Assembly: GCA_963740775.1 (NCBI GenBank)
Contig: CAVUFE010000007.1
Span: forward strand, 183,148 to 247,147
Length of the DNA: 64,000 nt
Direction of reading: 5' to 3'
Source of the DNA: an uncultured Alphaproteobacteria bacterium
GTDB lineage: Bacteria; Pseudomonadota; Alphaproteobacteria; Sphingomonadales; Sphingomonadaceae
Shown here: in pieces, positions 21,097-31,340 of the stretch
Position numbering within the stretch: position 1 is the stretch's first letter
Layout of the letters: the number at the start of each line of letters is the position of its first letter
Notes under the pieces: generated by a model
Databases searched by the model: none
What the model saw: only the letters and a program-made list of their open reading frames with translations
What the model was told of the DNA's origin: nothing
Program-made: the position numbers and the translations under genes

Positions 21097-21915
21097 ATCG
21101 GGGCGGCGGTCGCGGAAGAAGCCGAAGGCGGCGCGGTTCTTGGCGGCCTGGTTTAGGTCGAGTTCAGCGTCGAGCACGCCTTCTTCGCCCGCGCCGAATT
21201 CGGCGACGAAATCGCCGCGTTCGTCGGTGATGAAGCTGTGGCCATAGAAGGTCTGGCCGCATTCGGTGCCGATGCGGTTGGCGGCAACCACAGGGACGAC
21301 GTTGCTGACCGCATGGCCGATCATCGCGCGACGCCATAGCCGCGAAGTGTCGAGGTCCTCGGCTTCCGGCTCGTCGCCGATGGCTGTGGGGAAGAGGAGG
21401 ATGTCGGCACCCATCAGCATCAGCGCGCGCGCGGTTTCGGGGTACCACTGGTCCCAGCAGATGCCGATGCCGATCTTGCCGAGCTTGGTGTCCCACACCT
21501 TGAAGCCGGTGTTGCCGGGGCGGAAATAGAATTTCTCGCTGTAGCCGGGGCCGTCGGGGATGTGGCTTTTACGATAGACGCCCATGATCTCGCCCGCGTC
21601 GTCGATCATCGCCAGCGAGTTGTAATAATGCTGGCCGTCGCGTTCGAAGAAACTGGTTGGGATGTAGACCTGCAGTTCCTTGGCGAGCTTCTGCATTGCG
21701 CTGACGCTGGCATGTTCGTGCAGCGGCGCGGCGGTGTCGAATGGGTTCAGTTCCTGCACGCGGCAGAAATAGGGGCCTTCGAACAGTTCGGGCGGCAGGA
21801 TTAGCTTTGCGCCGCGCGCGGCGGCTTCGCGGACATGGCCTTCGATGACGGCATTGTTCGCGGCGATATCGCCCCCGAGCGGGCACTGGATCGCGGCGAC
21901 GTGGATCATGGTCAT
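21067..21915 (-). CDS. aguB: N-carbamoylputrescine amidase
   Basis: Nitrilase triad motifs PELF, YRKSHIPDGPGYSEKFYF, ICWDQWYPE; coupled to aguA. Confidence 0.93.
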   Translation of the reverse strand: MTMIHVAAIQCPLGGDIAANNAVIEGHVREAAARGAKLILPPELFEGPYFCRVQELNPFDTAAPLHEHASVSAMQKLAKELQVYIPTSFFERDGQHYYNSLAMIDDAGEIMGVYRKSHIPDGPGYSEKFYFRPGNTGFKVWDTKLGKIGIGICWDQWYPETARALMLMGADILLFPTAIGDEPEAEDLDTSRLWRRAMIGHAVSNVVPVVAANRIGTECGQTFYGHSFITDERGDFVAEFGAGEEGVLDAELDLNQAAKNRAAFGFFRDRRPDLYRRLVEDV

Positions 21916-22880
21916 CGAGCGGGTACCTGTTGACTGATGCAATGGAAGCTGCCGCCCCCGGTAAGGATGTGGGCGGTCGGCAAGCCGGTCACCACCCGGT
22001 CGGGGAACAGCGCAGCGATGGCCTTGATTGCCGCCTCGTCATTGGGCTGACCATGGATGGGCACGACGACGGCGGCGTTGCCGATGTAGAAATTCATATA
22101 GCTGGCGGCGATCGGCTCACCCTCTTCCTCGACACGCCCGGGGGAGGGGATTGGCACAATTTTGACCGGCCATTCCTGCGCGCGCGCCCAGGCGTCGGCA
22201 TAAATATCCGCATTGGGGTCGTCGCCATCGGGTTCGGGCAGCGCGAGCACGCCGGGGCCGACGAAACGCGCGAGGTTGTCGACATGGCCATCGGTGTGAT
22301 CGCCGGCAAGGCCATCGCCCAGCCAGAGGATTTGGGTGACGCCGAGACTGTTTTTGAGCTCGGCCTCGATCTCCTCGCGGCTCATGTCCGGATTGCGATT
22401 GGGGTTGAGCAGGCACTGCTCGGTGGTGACGAGCAGACCCGCGCCATCTAGCTCGATCGCGCCGCCTTCGAGGATCATCCTTTGGGGCGCGCGCGGCAGG
22501 TTGGCATGCGCGGCGAGCTTTTCGGCGAGCGCATCGTCGAGCGGCGAGGGATATTTCCCACCCCAGCCATTGCCGCGATAATCGAGCGCAGTGCCGTCAT
22601 CGAGGACCAGCGGGCCGGTGTCGCGCAGCCAGATGTCGAAAAATGGTTCGACCAACACGTCGGCATGCGCCGCAAGGCGGCGGGCAACCTCTGCTGCGTC
22701 CTTATTGGCACAGACCAGCTGGACGCGTTCCCCCCTGCCGTCGGCATGGACAGCGCGGGCGAAGGCGGCAACTTCTTGCTGCGCGCCTTCGAGGTTTTCG
22801 AGCCACAGGTCGGCGGCGCTCGGAAAGCCGATCCAGACACTTTCATGCGGCGCCCATTCGGCGGGAAAATGGCCAGTCAT
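21912..22880 (-). CDS. aguA: Agmatine deiminase
   Basis: PAEWAPH, DIWLRDTGP, LEGGAI, DHTDGHVD, ASYMNF, GGGSFHCISQQ. Confidence 0.93.
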   Translation of the reverse strand: MTGHFPAEWAPHESVWIGFPSAADLWLENLEGAQQEVAAFARAVHADGRGERVQLVCANKDAAEVARRLAAHADVLVEPFFDIWLRDTGPLVLDDGTALDYRGNGWGGKYPSPLDDALAEKLAAHANLPRAPQRMILEGGAIELDGAGLLVTTEQCLLNPNRNPDMSREEIEAELKNSLGVTQILWLGDGLAGDHTDGHVDNLARFVGPGVLALPEPDGDDPNADIYADAWARAQEWPVKIVPIPSPGRVEEEGEPIAASYMNFYIGNAAVVVPIHGQPNDEAAIKAIAALFPDRVVTGLPTAHILTGGGSFHCISQQVPAR

Positions 22881-22888
22881 ACGAACCC

Positions 22889-22961
22889 TCGATTCACACG
22901 ATTCACACGTGCGAATGCTGCTTCACGCGCACGCCGGTTCACACGATTCACATGTGCCGAT
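22889..22961. repeat. Two imperfect 24-bp direct repeats (45-bp period), each built on a tandem CG(A/G)TTCACA 9-mer pair
   Basis: ttcacacgattcacacgtgcgaat (22893-22916) vs ttcacacgattcacatgtgccgat (22938-22961), 21/24 identical. Confidence 0.85.
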
Positions 22962-23054
22962 AGATTGGGCGCCAAGGCCTGATTTCGGGTCGATGCCATG
23001 GCGTGAACCGATACGGCAAATTGGCCGGTGTAGGACAGTAGTTTCGACCCGCGC

Positions 23055-24674
23055 TTACTTCGCCTCGGCGCGCGACTTGTCGCGGATCGCGCGGAATTCG
23101 TCGCCCGCGACCCAGTTCGGCCACGCGTCGGTCGTCGCGAGTTCGTGGCCGATGCCGTAGTAGAATTGCAGATCCTGCACCGCGCCGTCCCAGTTCCAGT
23201 TGGGATCATACTGGTCCTGTGGCTTGTGATAGCGATTGGCGGTGTAATCGTCGGCCAGTGCATTGCCCTTGGCCGTGCCGCCCTCGACCAGATCGCGACC
23301 CGACCCCGCCGACAACATCGGCACGCCGAGTTTGGCAAAGCTGAAGTGATCCGACCGATAATAGCCGCCCTTTTCCGGCGAGGCGGCGGGCGAGACAACG
23401 CGGCCCTGCGTAGCCGCCCAGCGCGTGACATAGCCGTCAAGTTCGGACTTGCCGACGCCGCTGACGGACACGTCACGGGTTTTGCCCATGACATTGAGGC
23501 CGTCCATATTGACGCCGCCGACGGTTTTACCGAGCGGGTAGATCGGGTGTTCGGCATAGTAGCGCGAGCCAAGCAGACCGCTTTCCTCCGCCGTCACCGC
23601 GATGAACAGCTGGCTGCGCGGGGTGCGCGGCGCTTTTGCTGCGACTTCGGCCAGGGCGACAAGGCCCGCCGTGCCCGACGCGTTGTCGAGCGCGCCGTTG
23701 CAGATGTCGTCGCCATCGACTGGCGTACAGCGGCCAAGATGGTCCCAGTGCGCGGTGTACAGGACATATTCGTCGGGCTTCGTGCTGCCCGGCAGAATGC
23801 CGACGACATTGTGCGACATCGAATGATCAAGCGTGTTGTTGAAGCTCAGGTCCATCTTCAGCCCGAGCGGCACCGCATTGAAACCGGGCTTCTCGGCGGC
23901 CAGAGCGAGAGCCGATAGGTCCTTGCCGGCGGCGGTGAACAGGCGCTTTGCGGCGTCCTGAGTCATCCAGCCGTTCGCTTGCGTCTCCTTCATCGACTTG
24001 TCGGCGGCGGCGAGGTGAATTTGCGGGCCGGTGTAGCTTGAGACGACGACACCCCAGGGATAGGCGGCCGGTTCGGTATCATGGACGATGATCGCGGCGG
24101 CTGCGCCCTGCCGAGCGGCCTCCTCATACTTGTACGTCCAGCGGCCATAATAGGTCATTGCACGGCCATTGAATGTGCCGCCCACCGTCGGCGTCTTCCA
24201 ATCGGGATCGTTGACAAGGATGACGACGGTCTTCCCGCGCACGTCGACCCCGGCATAGTCGTTCCAATTCTTTTCGGGGGCGACGATGCCGTAGCCGACG
24301 AACACGACGTCCGAGTTGGCGATCATGGTCTTTGGCACTTCGCGGTAGCTGAACATCGCGATGTCGGTCTTGTAGGAAAGATCGACCGACGTGGTGCCGC
24401 CCGTGAAGTGCGCGGTCATGGCCGGATCGGCGGTGACGCGGACCATCGGCACGTCCTGCGTCCATTTGCCGCTATTGCCGGGCTTGAGGCCCGCGGACTG
24501 AAACCGCTTGATAAGATAGGCGATCGTCTTGACCTCACCCGCGGTGGTCGGCCCGCGGCCTTCATAGGCATCTGACGACAGGGTTTGCGTGACGTCTTTC
24601 AGCGTCTGTACGGGAATTTGCTGCGCGGCGAGCGGCGTTGCGGCGGCGGCGAGCAAAGCGAAAGCGAGGCGCAT
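23055..24674 (-). CDS. Secreted M28 metallopeptidase with PA domain
   Basis: Signal MRLAFALLAAAATPLAAQ with AAGGAG RBS; TAHWDHLG, NGALDNASG, AEESGLLGS, RSDHFSF, YHKPQD. Confidence 0.92.
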   Translation of the reverse strand: MRLAFALLAAAATPLAAQQIPVQTLKDVTQTLSSDAYEGRGPTTAGEVKTIAYLIKRFQSAGLKPGNSGKWTQDVPMVRVTADPAMTAHFTGGTTSVDLSYKTDIAMFSYREVPKTMIANSDVVFVGYGIVAPEKNWNDYAGVDVRGKTVVILVNDPDWKTPTVGGTFNGRAMTYYGRWTYKYEEAARQGAAAAIIVHDTEPAAYPWGVVVSSYTGPQIHLAAADKSMKETQANGWMTQDAAKRLFTAAGKDLSALALAAEKPGFNAVPLGLKMDLSFNNTLDHSMSHNVVGILPGSTKPDEYVLYTAHWDHLGRCTPVDGDDICNGALDNASGTAGLVALAEVAAKAPRTPRSQLFIAVTAEESGLLGSRYYAEHPIYPLGKTVGGVNMDGLNVMGKTRDVSVSGVGKSELDGYVTRWAATQGRVVSPAASPEKGGYYRSDHFSFAKLGVPMLSAGSGRDLVEGGTAKGNALADDYTANRYHKPQDQYDPNWNWDGAVQDLQFYYGIGHELATTDAWPNWVAGDEFRAIRDKSRAEAK

Positions 24675-24783
24675 AGGTAACTCCTTGAGGAATAGCTGTA
24701 ATGCCGCGCCAATTCGGTGCTGGCAAATATTGCCAATCGCGCCAACGCGCGGCAAATCATGGATAAAAAGGGGAAAATGTCGA

Positions 24784-26739
24784 ATGTTCCGCGTTGCTGT
24801 CACTGCACTGTTGTTCGCGTCCACTGCCGTCATTGCGCAGACGCCCGATCTCGCCGCCGCATTCGGTGCGCGCACAGGCGTGTCCACCGCCAGCATTTCC
24901 CCGGACGGGCAGCATATTGCGCTCATCGGGGCGGGGGCCGGTCAGGCCGACATCCTGTACATTTTCGACGTAGCATCGGGCGCCGCACCGCGCCGGATTC
25001 TGGCGGCAAGCGGCAAGCCGGAAAAGCTCTATGGTTGCACCTGGGTCGCCAACGACCGGCTGGCCTGCACGATCGGTGGGGTGCAGAAGGTGCAGGAATT
25101 CTATGTAGGCTTTTCGTCGATTCTGGGTGTCGACAGTTCGGGTGCCAACCAGCGGGTGTTGAGCAAGCGTAGCGGCGAGAACAGACTTTACACCGACACG
25201 CGGGGCGGGCAGATCATCGACCTGCTGCCCAATGCCGATGGCAAGGTGCTGATGATGCGCGCCTATGTCCCTGAGGCCAAGATCGGGTCACTGGTCGATA
25301 AGGCGGCCGAAGGCATGGGTGTCGACCAACTCGACACGCGCACCGGGGAAAGCCGCAAGGTCGAGGCACCGCGGGCTCTCGCCACCGAATTCATCACCGA
25401 CGGGCAGGGCACGGTCCGCATCATGGGCACCTATGTCGATGACCAGACGGGCTATTCGACGGGCAAGACCAAATATTCCTATCGCCTGCCCGGCAGCAAC
25501 GCGTGGCAAACGCTCGGCATTTACGACGGTGCGCGGCGCATGGGGTTCAATCCCTATGCCGTCGATCCCAAACTGAACGTCGTGTACGGGTTCGAGACGG
25601 TAAATGGCCGCCGCGTGCTCAGTTCAGTCGCGCTCGACGGCGCGGCGCAACACCAGACATTGATCGCTGACGACCGCGTTGACGTCGACGACCTGATCAT
25701 GATCGGGCGCAACCGCCGCGTCGTCGGCGGCTCGTTCGAAAGCGATCGCCGGCGCTACGTCTATTTCGACCCACAGGTGAAGGCGTTGTCGGCTTCATTG
25801 TCGAAGGCGCTGGGTGGCAAGAGCGCCTATGTTGTTGATTCCAGCGCCGACGAAAGCCGCATGCTGTTATGGGCAGGCAGCGATACCGACCCAGGCCAAT
25901 ATTATCTGTTTGACAAGCCGACGCGCAAATTGTCGCCGATCCTGCCGGTTTCGCCGCAGCTAGCCACAATCAAGCTCGCGACGGTCAAGCCTATCGAATA
26001 CACCGCCGCAGATGGCACGCGCATCCCGGCCTATCTAACCCTCCCGGTCGACAGCGCGGGCAAGAACCTACCGGCGATCGTCATGCCGCATGGTGGGCCC
26101 GAAGCGCGTGATTATTGGGGCTTCGACTGGCTGGCGCAATATATGGCAGCACGCGGATTTGCCGTCATACAGCCCAACTTTCGCGGTTCTGCGGGTTATG
26201 GCCAGGAATGGCTGAACCAGAATGGCTTTCGCGGCTGGCGCACGTCGGTGGGCGATGTCGTCGATGCCGGCAAATGGCTGATCGCGCAGGGCATCGCCGA
26301 CCCCGCCAAGCTGACCGTGATGGGCTGGTCTTATGGCGGGTTTGCCGCCTTGCAGGCCAATGTCGTGGCGCCCGACTTGTTCAAGGCGGTGGTTGCCGTG
26401 GCACCGGTCACCGATCTCGCCAACCTCTTGGCGGAACGGCGCAACTATCGCAGCTTTTACCTTGAAAAGGAGCGTATCGGCACTGGCCCGCATATCAAGG
26501 AAGGATCGCCGGCGCAGAATGTCGGCGCGTTCAAGGCGCCCGTGCTGTTGTTCCACGGGACCACGGACGCCAACGTGCCTTATGCACAGTCGCAGGACAT
26601 GGACCGCGCGCTGAAGGGCGCGGGCAAGCGCAGCGAGCTAATTACCTTCGAGGGGCTGGACCACCAGCTCGACGACAGCGCCGCCCGGCGGACGCTGTTG
26701 CAGCGCTCGGGCGATTTCCTCGCCGCGGCGGGGAAATAG
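24784..26739 (+). CDS. S9 prolyl oligopeptidase/dipeptidyl aminopeptidase family, secreted
   Basis: Signal peptide; PHGGP, NFRGSAGYG, GWSYGG, HGTTD, H in GLDHQL. Confidence 0.92.
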   Translation: MFRVAVTALLFASTAVIAQTPDLAAAFGARTGVSTASISPDGQHIALIGAGAGQADILYIFDVASGAAPRRILAASGKPEKLYGCTWVANDRLACTIGGVQKVQEFYVGFSSILGVDSSGANQRVLSKRSGENRLYTDTRGGQIIDLLPNADGKVLMMRAYVPEAKIGSLVDKAAEGMGVDQLDTRTGESRKVEAPRALATEFITDGQGTVRIMGTYVDDQTGYSTGKTKYSYRLPGSNAWQTLGIYDGARRMGFNPYAVDPKLNVVYGFETVNGRRVLSSVALDGAAQHQTLIADDRVDVDDLIMIGRNRRVVGGSFESDRRRYVYFDPQVKALSASLSKALGGKSAYVVDSSADESRMLLWAGSDTDPGQYYLFDKPTRKLSPILPVSPQLATIKLATVKPIEYTAADGTRIPAYLTLPVDSAGKNLPAIVMPHGGPEARDYWGFDWLAQYMAARGFAVIQPNFRGSAGYGQEWLNQNGFRGWRTSVGDVVDAGKWLIAQGIADPAKLTVMGWSYGGFAALQANVVAPDLFKAVVAVAPVTDLANLLAERRNYRSFYLEKERIGTGPHIKEGSPAQNVGAFKAPVLLFHGTTDANVPYAQSQDMDRALKGAGKRSELITFEGLDHQLDDSAARRTLLQRSGDFLAAAGK

Positions 26740-26749
26740 CGGATACGAA

Positions 26750-26780
26750 AACGGCGGGGCATCGCTGCCCCGCCGTTCTT
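26750..26780. terminator. Bidirectional intrinsic terminator between the peptidase and rpsD
   Basis: aacggcggggca-tcgc-tgccccgccgtt hairpin flanked by A/T runs between convergent genes. Confidence 0.8.
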
Positions 26781-26802
26781 GTTATGCAGAGTGAAACCGA
26801 AA

Positions 26803-27417
26803 TTAGCGCGAGTAGAACTCGACGACCAGATTCGGTTCCATCTTCACCGGATAAGGCACTTCGTCGAGGGTCGGGACGCGGGTCAGGGTTACCTTCGTTG
26901 CGCCGTCGGCCAGGACATAGTCCGGGATTTCACGCTCGGGCAGGCTCTGCGCTTCCATCACCAGCGCCATTTCCTGCGCCTTGGTGCCGAGCGAGATTTC
27001 GTCGTTCACCGAGCAACGGCGCGACGCGACATTACACTTCACGCCGTTGACGCGAATGTGGCCGTGCGAAACCAGCTGGCGCGCGGCGAAGACGGTCGGC
27101 GCGAACTTGGCGCGATAGACGATCGCGTCGAGGCGGCGTTCCAGCAGACCGATGAGGTTCTGCGACGTATCGCCCTTCATGCGCGCGGCTTCGGTATACT
27201 GCGCCTTGAACTGCTTTTCGGTGACTTCGCCATAATAGCCCTTGAGCTTCTGCTTCGCCTTCAGCTGCAGGCCGAAGTCGGAAACCTTGCTCTTGCGGCG
27301 CTGGCCGTGCTGGCCGGGGCCGTATTCGCGCTTGTTCACCGGGGATTTGGGACGACCCCAGATGTTCTCGCCCATCCGGCGATCGAGCTTGTGCTTGGCG
27401 CTATGGCGCTTCGACAT
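26803..27417 (-). CDS. rpsD: 30S ribosomal protein S4
   Basis: [22 protein letters not shown]...[12 protein letters not shown]...VVEFYSR. Confidence 0.98.
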   Translation of the reverse strand: MSKRHSAKHKLDRRMGENIWGRPKSPVNKREYGPGQHGQRRKSKVSDFGLQLKAKQKLKGYYGEVTEKQFKAQYTEAARMKGDTSQNLIGLLERRLDAIVYRAKFAPTVFAARQLVSHGHIRVNGVKCNVASRRCSVNDEISLGTKAQEMALVMEAQSLPEREIPDYVLADGATKVTLTRVPTLDEVPYPVKMEPNLVVEFYSR

Positions 27418-27536
27418 GATAATTCCTTCAACTGCGTTCGTTACAAAAGTGCCCGGAGCCGCCTGCGATCTCTCAAGGTAGGAGAGGACAGGGCCACCGC
27501 TTCACCGGACGTGCGGGGCCAATCACGAAGGGCGGG

Positions 27537-27564
27537 CCAATAGCGACGACCGCTGCGCTGTCAA
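27537..27564 (-). promoter_or_regulatory. Sigma70-type promoter of rpsD
   Basis: TTGACA (27564-27559), 16 nt, TATTGG, about 120 nt upstream of rpsD. Confidence 0.55.
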
Positions 27565-28286
27565 GGTTTGCCCTTGCCCTGCGGATATTGGAGCGCCGAC
27601 AGCATGCCGCGTAGCGTGCGGACTTCCGGGCTGCTCCAGCCAGCTTTCGTCAGGATCGAGCGCACATTGCGGCGGATCGACGGCACTTTTGGTGGCGGGA
27701 AATAGAAGCCGGCACGATCGACCATCGTGTCGAACTGATCGATCATCCCGTCGAGTTCGGACTGTGGGGCGGGGGGCTCCCCCGGCACCTTTGTCGGCTG
27801 CGCGAGGGTTTCGCCCCGCGACCATTCGTAAGCCACGAGGATCACCGCCTGGGCGAGGTTCAGGCTGGAGAATTCGGGATTGACCGGTATCGTCAGGATC
27901 GCGCGGGCGATGGCCACGTCGTCGGTTTCAAGCCCCGCGCGCTCGGGGCCGAACAGGATCGCGCTGCGGCCCGTGGCGGCGCGGATCTGACTGGCGCATT
28001 CGGCCGCATCGACGACGGGCTTGGTCACCCCACGCTTGCGCACCGTCGTCGCATAGACATGCGCGCAGTCGGCGACGGCGGCGGACACACTGTCGTAAAC
28101 CTGCGCTTCGGCGATGACGCGATCGGCACCAGAAGCGGCAGGGCCGGCATCGGGATTGGGCCAGCCATCGCGGGGGGAAACCAGGCGCATTTCGCTCAGT
28201 CCGAAATTGAGCATCGCGCGCGCCGCCTTGCCGATATTTTCGGCGAGTTGCGGGCGGACGAGGACGATGACCGGGGGGTGAGTCAC
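27561..28286 (-). CDS. TrmJ/LasT SPOUT RNA methyltransferase
   Basis: [32 protein letters not shown]. Confidence 0.92.
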   Translation of the reverse strand: MTHPPVIVLVRPQLAENIGKAARAMLNFGLSEMRLVSPRDGWPNPDAGPAASGADRVIAEAQVYDSVSAAVADCAHVYATTVRKRGVTKPVVDAAECASQIRAATGRSAILFGPERAGLETDDVAIARAILTIPVNPEFSSLNLAQAVILVAYEWSRGETLAQPTKVPGEPPAPQSELDGMIDQFDTMVDRAGFYFPPPKVPSIRRNVRSILTKAGWSSPEVRTLRGMLSALQYPQGKGKP

Positions 28287-28771
28287 TCCCCGATCGGCAG
28301 CCTGGGGTGAGCCGGGTCGGCGGCTTCCTGCACGTTGCCGGCAAATTCCTCGAAATCGCGGGGCTCGGCGAATTCCTTATACACGCTGGCGAAGCGAATA
28401 TAGGCGACGCTGTCGAGGCCTTTCAGGCCGTCCATGACCAGACCGCCGATCTGACGCGACGAGACTTCGGCGTCGCCCTGTGTCTCAAGCTGACGCTGGA
28501 TGCCCGAGATCAGCTGCTCGATGCGCGCGCCCTCGATCGGACGCTTGCGGCAGGCGGTGATCAGCGATCGCGACAATTTGTCGCGCTCGAAGGCCTCACG
28601 CCGACCATCGCCCTTCACCACGAACAGTTCGCGCAGTTGGATGCGTTCAAACGTGGTGAAGCGCGCCGCACAGGCCTCGCACTGCCGCCTCCGTCGAATG
28701 ACCGCACCGTCTTCCGACGGGCGCGAGTCCTTTACTTGGCTGTCTTCATGAGCGCAGAACGGGCAGCGCAC
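28283..28771 (-). CDS. nrdR: Transcriptional repressor NrdR
   Basis: GTG start; [34 protein letters not shown]. Confidence 0.96.
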   Translation of the reverse strand: MRCPFCAHEDSQVKDSRPSEDGAVIRRRRQCEACAARFTTFERIQLRELFVVKGDGRREAFERDKLSRSLITACRKRPIEGARIEQLISGIQRQLETQGDAEVSSRQIGGLVMDGLKGLDSVAYIRFASVYKEFAEPRDFEEFAGNVQEAADPAHPRLPIGE

Positions 28772-29055
28772 CTTAGTCCTTCGTCGAGTGCGTTGTAAGC
28801 GACGTAGGCTGCGCCAAGTGTCGCACCTACCCCACCAGTCAAAAACGGAATAATCGCAGCGCCGGCGAATAGTCACCGCCGACCGCCAATTCGGCCATTC
28901 TGTCACAGGTCCGCCGACTGCCTTGCCTGCTTGATTGAACCCGAAGCAAACTCTTTTGCTAGTTCGATTGGCTTCGATGCAATCGCTGGCGCCCAGCCGT
29001 AACCAGAGAAAACCTTGTCCTTCGAAAGGTCGTCTCAGAACGATAGTCTACGTCC

Positions 29056-30366
29056 TTATTGCTCCGGGTAAATGGGGAAGCGGCTGGTCAGATTGGCCAC
29101 GGCGTCACGGACATGCTGTTCGATCTGGCCATCGCCTTCATCACCGTTGCGCGACAGGCCATCGACAACGCGAGCGATCAGTTGGCCCACTTCGCGAAAT
29201 TCGGTCGGTCCGAAGCCGCGCGTGGTGCCGGCTGGGGTGCCGAGCCGAATGCCCGAGGTGACGAATGGCGAGCGTGTATCGAACGGTATGCCGTTCTTGT
29301 TGCAGGTCAGCCAGGCGCGATCGAGACCCTTTTCCGCCGCCTTGCCGGTGACGTCCTTGGGGGTCAGGTCGACGAGCATCAGGTGATTGTCGGTGCCGCC
29401 GGACACGACGCCGAGGCCGGCGTCCATCAGGCTGGCGGCCAATGCGCGGGCGTTTTCGACGACACGGTGGGCGTACACCTTGAATTCGGGGCGCAGCGCT
29501 TCGGCAAAGGCCACCGCCTTGGCCGCGACGATGTGCATCAGCGGGCCACCCTGGAGCCCCGGGAAGATCGCGCTGTTGAGCTTCTTTGCCAGCGCTTCGT
29601 CATTGGTCAGGATGACGCCCGAACGCGGGCCGCGCAACGACTTGTGCGTGGTTGTGGTGACGATGTGGCAGTGCGGGAAGGGGCTGGGGTGGGCGCCGCC
29701 CGCGACTAGGCCCGAGAAGTGCGAAATGTCGGCGAGCAAGGTCGCTCCGACCTCATCGGCGATCGCGCGAAAAGCGGCAAAATCCCATACCCGCGAATAG
29801 GCGGTGCCACCGCAGATGATCAGCTTTGGACGGTGTTCGCGCGCCAGGGCCGCGACCTGATCCATGTCGATGCGGTGATCGTCGGGTCGGACGCCATAAG
29901 GTACGGGCGTGAACCACTTGCCGCTCATGTTGACCGGCGACCCGTGCGTCAGGTGTCCGCCCGAATTGAGATCAAGGCCCATGAACTTGTCGCCAGGATT
30001 GAGCAGCGCGAGGAACACCGCCTGGTTCATCTGGCTGCCCGAGTTGGGCTGGACGTTTGCGAAGTCGCAACCGAACAGCCGCTTGGCGCGCTCGATGGCC
30101 AATGTCTCCACGACGTCGGCATATTCGCAGCCGCCATAATAGCGTTTGCCGGGATAGCCTTCGGCATATTTGTTGGTGAAGACGCTGCCCGCTGCCTGCA
30201 AGACCGCGCGGCTGGCGATGTTTTCCGAAGCGATAAGTTCGATCTTGTCCTGCTGCCGCTTTAGTTCGTTGCCGATGGCTTCGGCAATTTCGGGGTCGGC
30301 GGCAGCAATATCGTCATGCCAGAAACGGTCCATCGGATCGTGCAGGGCGTTGGGCTGGGTGCTCAT
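29056..30366 (-). CDS. glyA: Serine hydroxymethyltransferase
   Basis: [34 protein letters not shown]. Confidence 0.98.
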   Translation of the reverse strand: MSTQPNALHDPMDRFWHDDIAAADPEIAEAIGNELKRQQDKIELIASENIASRAVLQAAGSVFTNKYAEGYPGKRYYGGCEYADVVETLAIERAKRLFGCDFANVQPNSGSQMNQAVFLALLNPGDKFMGLDLNSGGHLTHGSPVNMSGKWFTPVPYGVRPDDHRIDMDQVAALAREHRPKLIICGGTAYSRVWDFAAFRAIADEVGATLLADISHFSGLVAGGAHPSPFPHCHIVTTTTHKSLRGPRSGVILTNDEALAKKLNSAIFPGLQGGPLMHIVAAKAVAFAEALRPEFKVYAHRVVENARALAASLMDAGLGVVSGGTDNHLMLVDLTPKDVTGKAAEKGLDRAWLTCNKNGIPFDTRSPFVTSGIRLGTPAGTTRGFGPTEFREVGQLIARVVDGLSRNGDEGDGQIEQHVRDAVANLTSRFPIYPEQ

Positions 30367-30815
30367 GCGGCGGTCTCTTCGGCGGGAGGGTGGTCGAGCT
30401 TGGCGACACGCGCGGTGTGACGACCGCCTTCGAATTCGGCGGTAAGGAAGGCGGTGACGCAGGCTTTTGCCATGTCTTCGCCAATCAAACGCGCGGCGAG
30501 GGCGATGGCGTTGGCATTATTGTGTCTGCGGGCAAGCGCCGCGCTGACCGGTTCGGGTGCCTGCGCGCATCGAACGTGCGGGTTGCGGTTGGCGGCGATG
30601 GCGATGCCGATGCCGGAGCCGCAGATGGCGATCCCGAATTCGGCCTCACCATGTTCGAGCGCGTGAGCCAGGCGATAGCCATAGTCGGGATAATCGACAC
30701 GGTCGGGCGTGTGCGAGCCAAGGTCGAGCGGGTCGTGTCCCTGCTCTCGTAGCCAAGGAACGAGGACGGCCTTCAAGTCGAATCCGGCGTGGTCGGAGGC
30801 GAGGGCGATACGCAT
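30363..30815 (-). CDS. rpiB: Ribose-5-phosphate isomerase B
   Basis: SDHAG, VDYPD, ICGSGIG, HNNAN, FEGGRH. Confidence 0.95.
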   Translation of the reverse strand: MRIALASDHAGFDLKAVLVPWLREQGHDPLDLGSHTPDRVDYPDYGYRLAHALEHGEAEFGIAICGSGIGIAIAANRNPHVRCAQAPEPVSAALARRHNNANAIALAARLIGEDMAKACVTAFLTAEFEGGRHTARVAKLDHPPAEETAA

Positions 30816-30902
30816 GTCGGGGCTTTAGCCGGGCCGGGCGGCGAACGCCACTGTGCGCGGCACAGAAAGCACCGTAGAGCGCACCGGAACCGGAGATCCA
30901 CG

Positions 30903-31337
30903 ATGCGTTACCTGATGCCCCTTCTGTTGATTGCCGTCGCGGCTTGTGGTCGCGAGGGCGGCAACGCGGCAAACGCGATCACGGACGCCGGCGAACCCGC
31001 GGTAAACGCATCGAGCACCGTAAATGCAGAGAATGCCGCTGCTCCGGCGACGATCGAGCAAGACGCCTATCTTGGCAAGTGGACCGGGCCCGAGGGATTG
31101 GTGCTCGACGTCACCGAAAAGGCGGGTGGGGGCGTGGCGATCACCAATCAGTGGACGCTTGACGACAAGGGCAGCTTTGACGGCTCGGTCACCGCCGAGG
31201 GCCTGCGCTTCATGCGCGATGGTGAAGCCGTCACCGCCGTACGCAGTGATGGCGACGCGACGGGCATGAAGTGGCTGGCGGGCAAGACGGACTGCCTGAC
31301 GGTCAAGCCCGGCAGTGAAGGTTATTGCCGGGACTGA
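30903..31337 (+). CDS. Hypothetical lipoprotein
   Basis: Lipobox MRYLMPLLLIAVAAC; Ala/Asn-rich linker; GKWTGPEG...GDATGMKWL...C...YC domain. Confidence 0.7.
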   Translation: MRYLMPLLLIAVAACGREGGNAANAITDAGEPAVNASSTVNAENAAAPATIEQDAYLGKWTGPEGLVLDVTEKAGGGVAITNQWTLDDKGSFDGSVTAEGLRFMRDGEAVTAVRSDGDATGMKWLAGKTDCLTVKPGSEGYCRD

Positions 31338-31340
31338 CGA

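Noticed and set aside
22889-22961. Mini CRISPR array
   Set aside because: Only two imperfect 24-bp units with a 21-nt gap, an internal tandem structure, and no cas genes in the window.
30886-30909. EcfG promoter GGAAC...CGTT at the lipoprotein gene
   Set aside because: The spacer is 15 nt rather than 16-17, and it overlaps the likely start codon.
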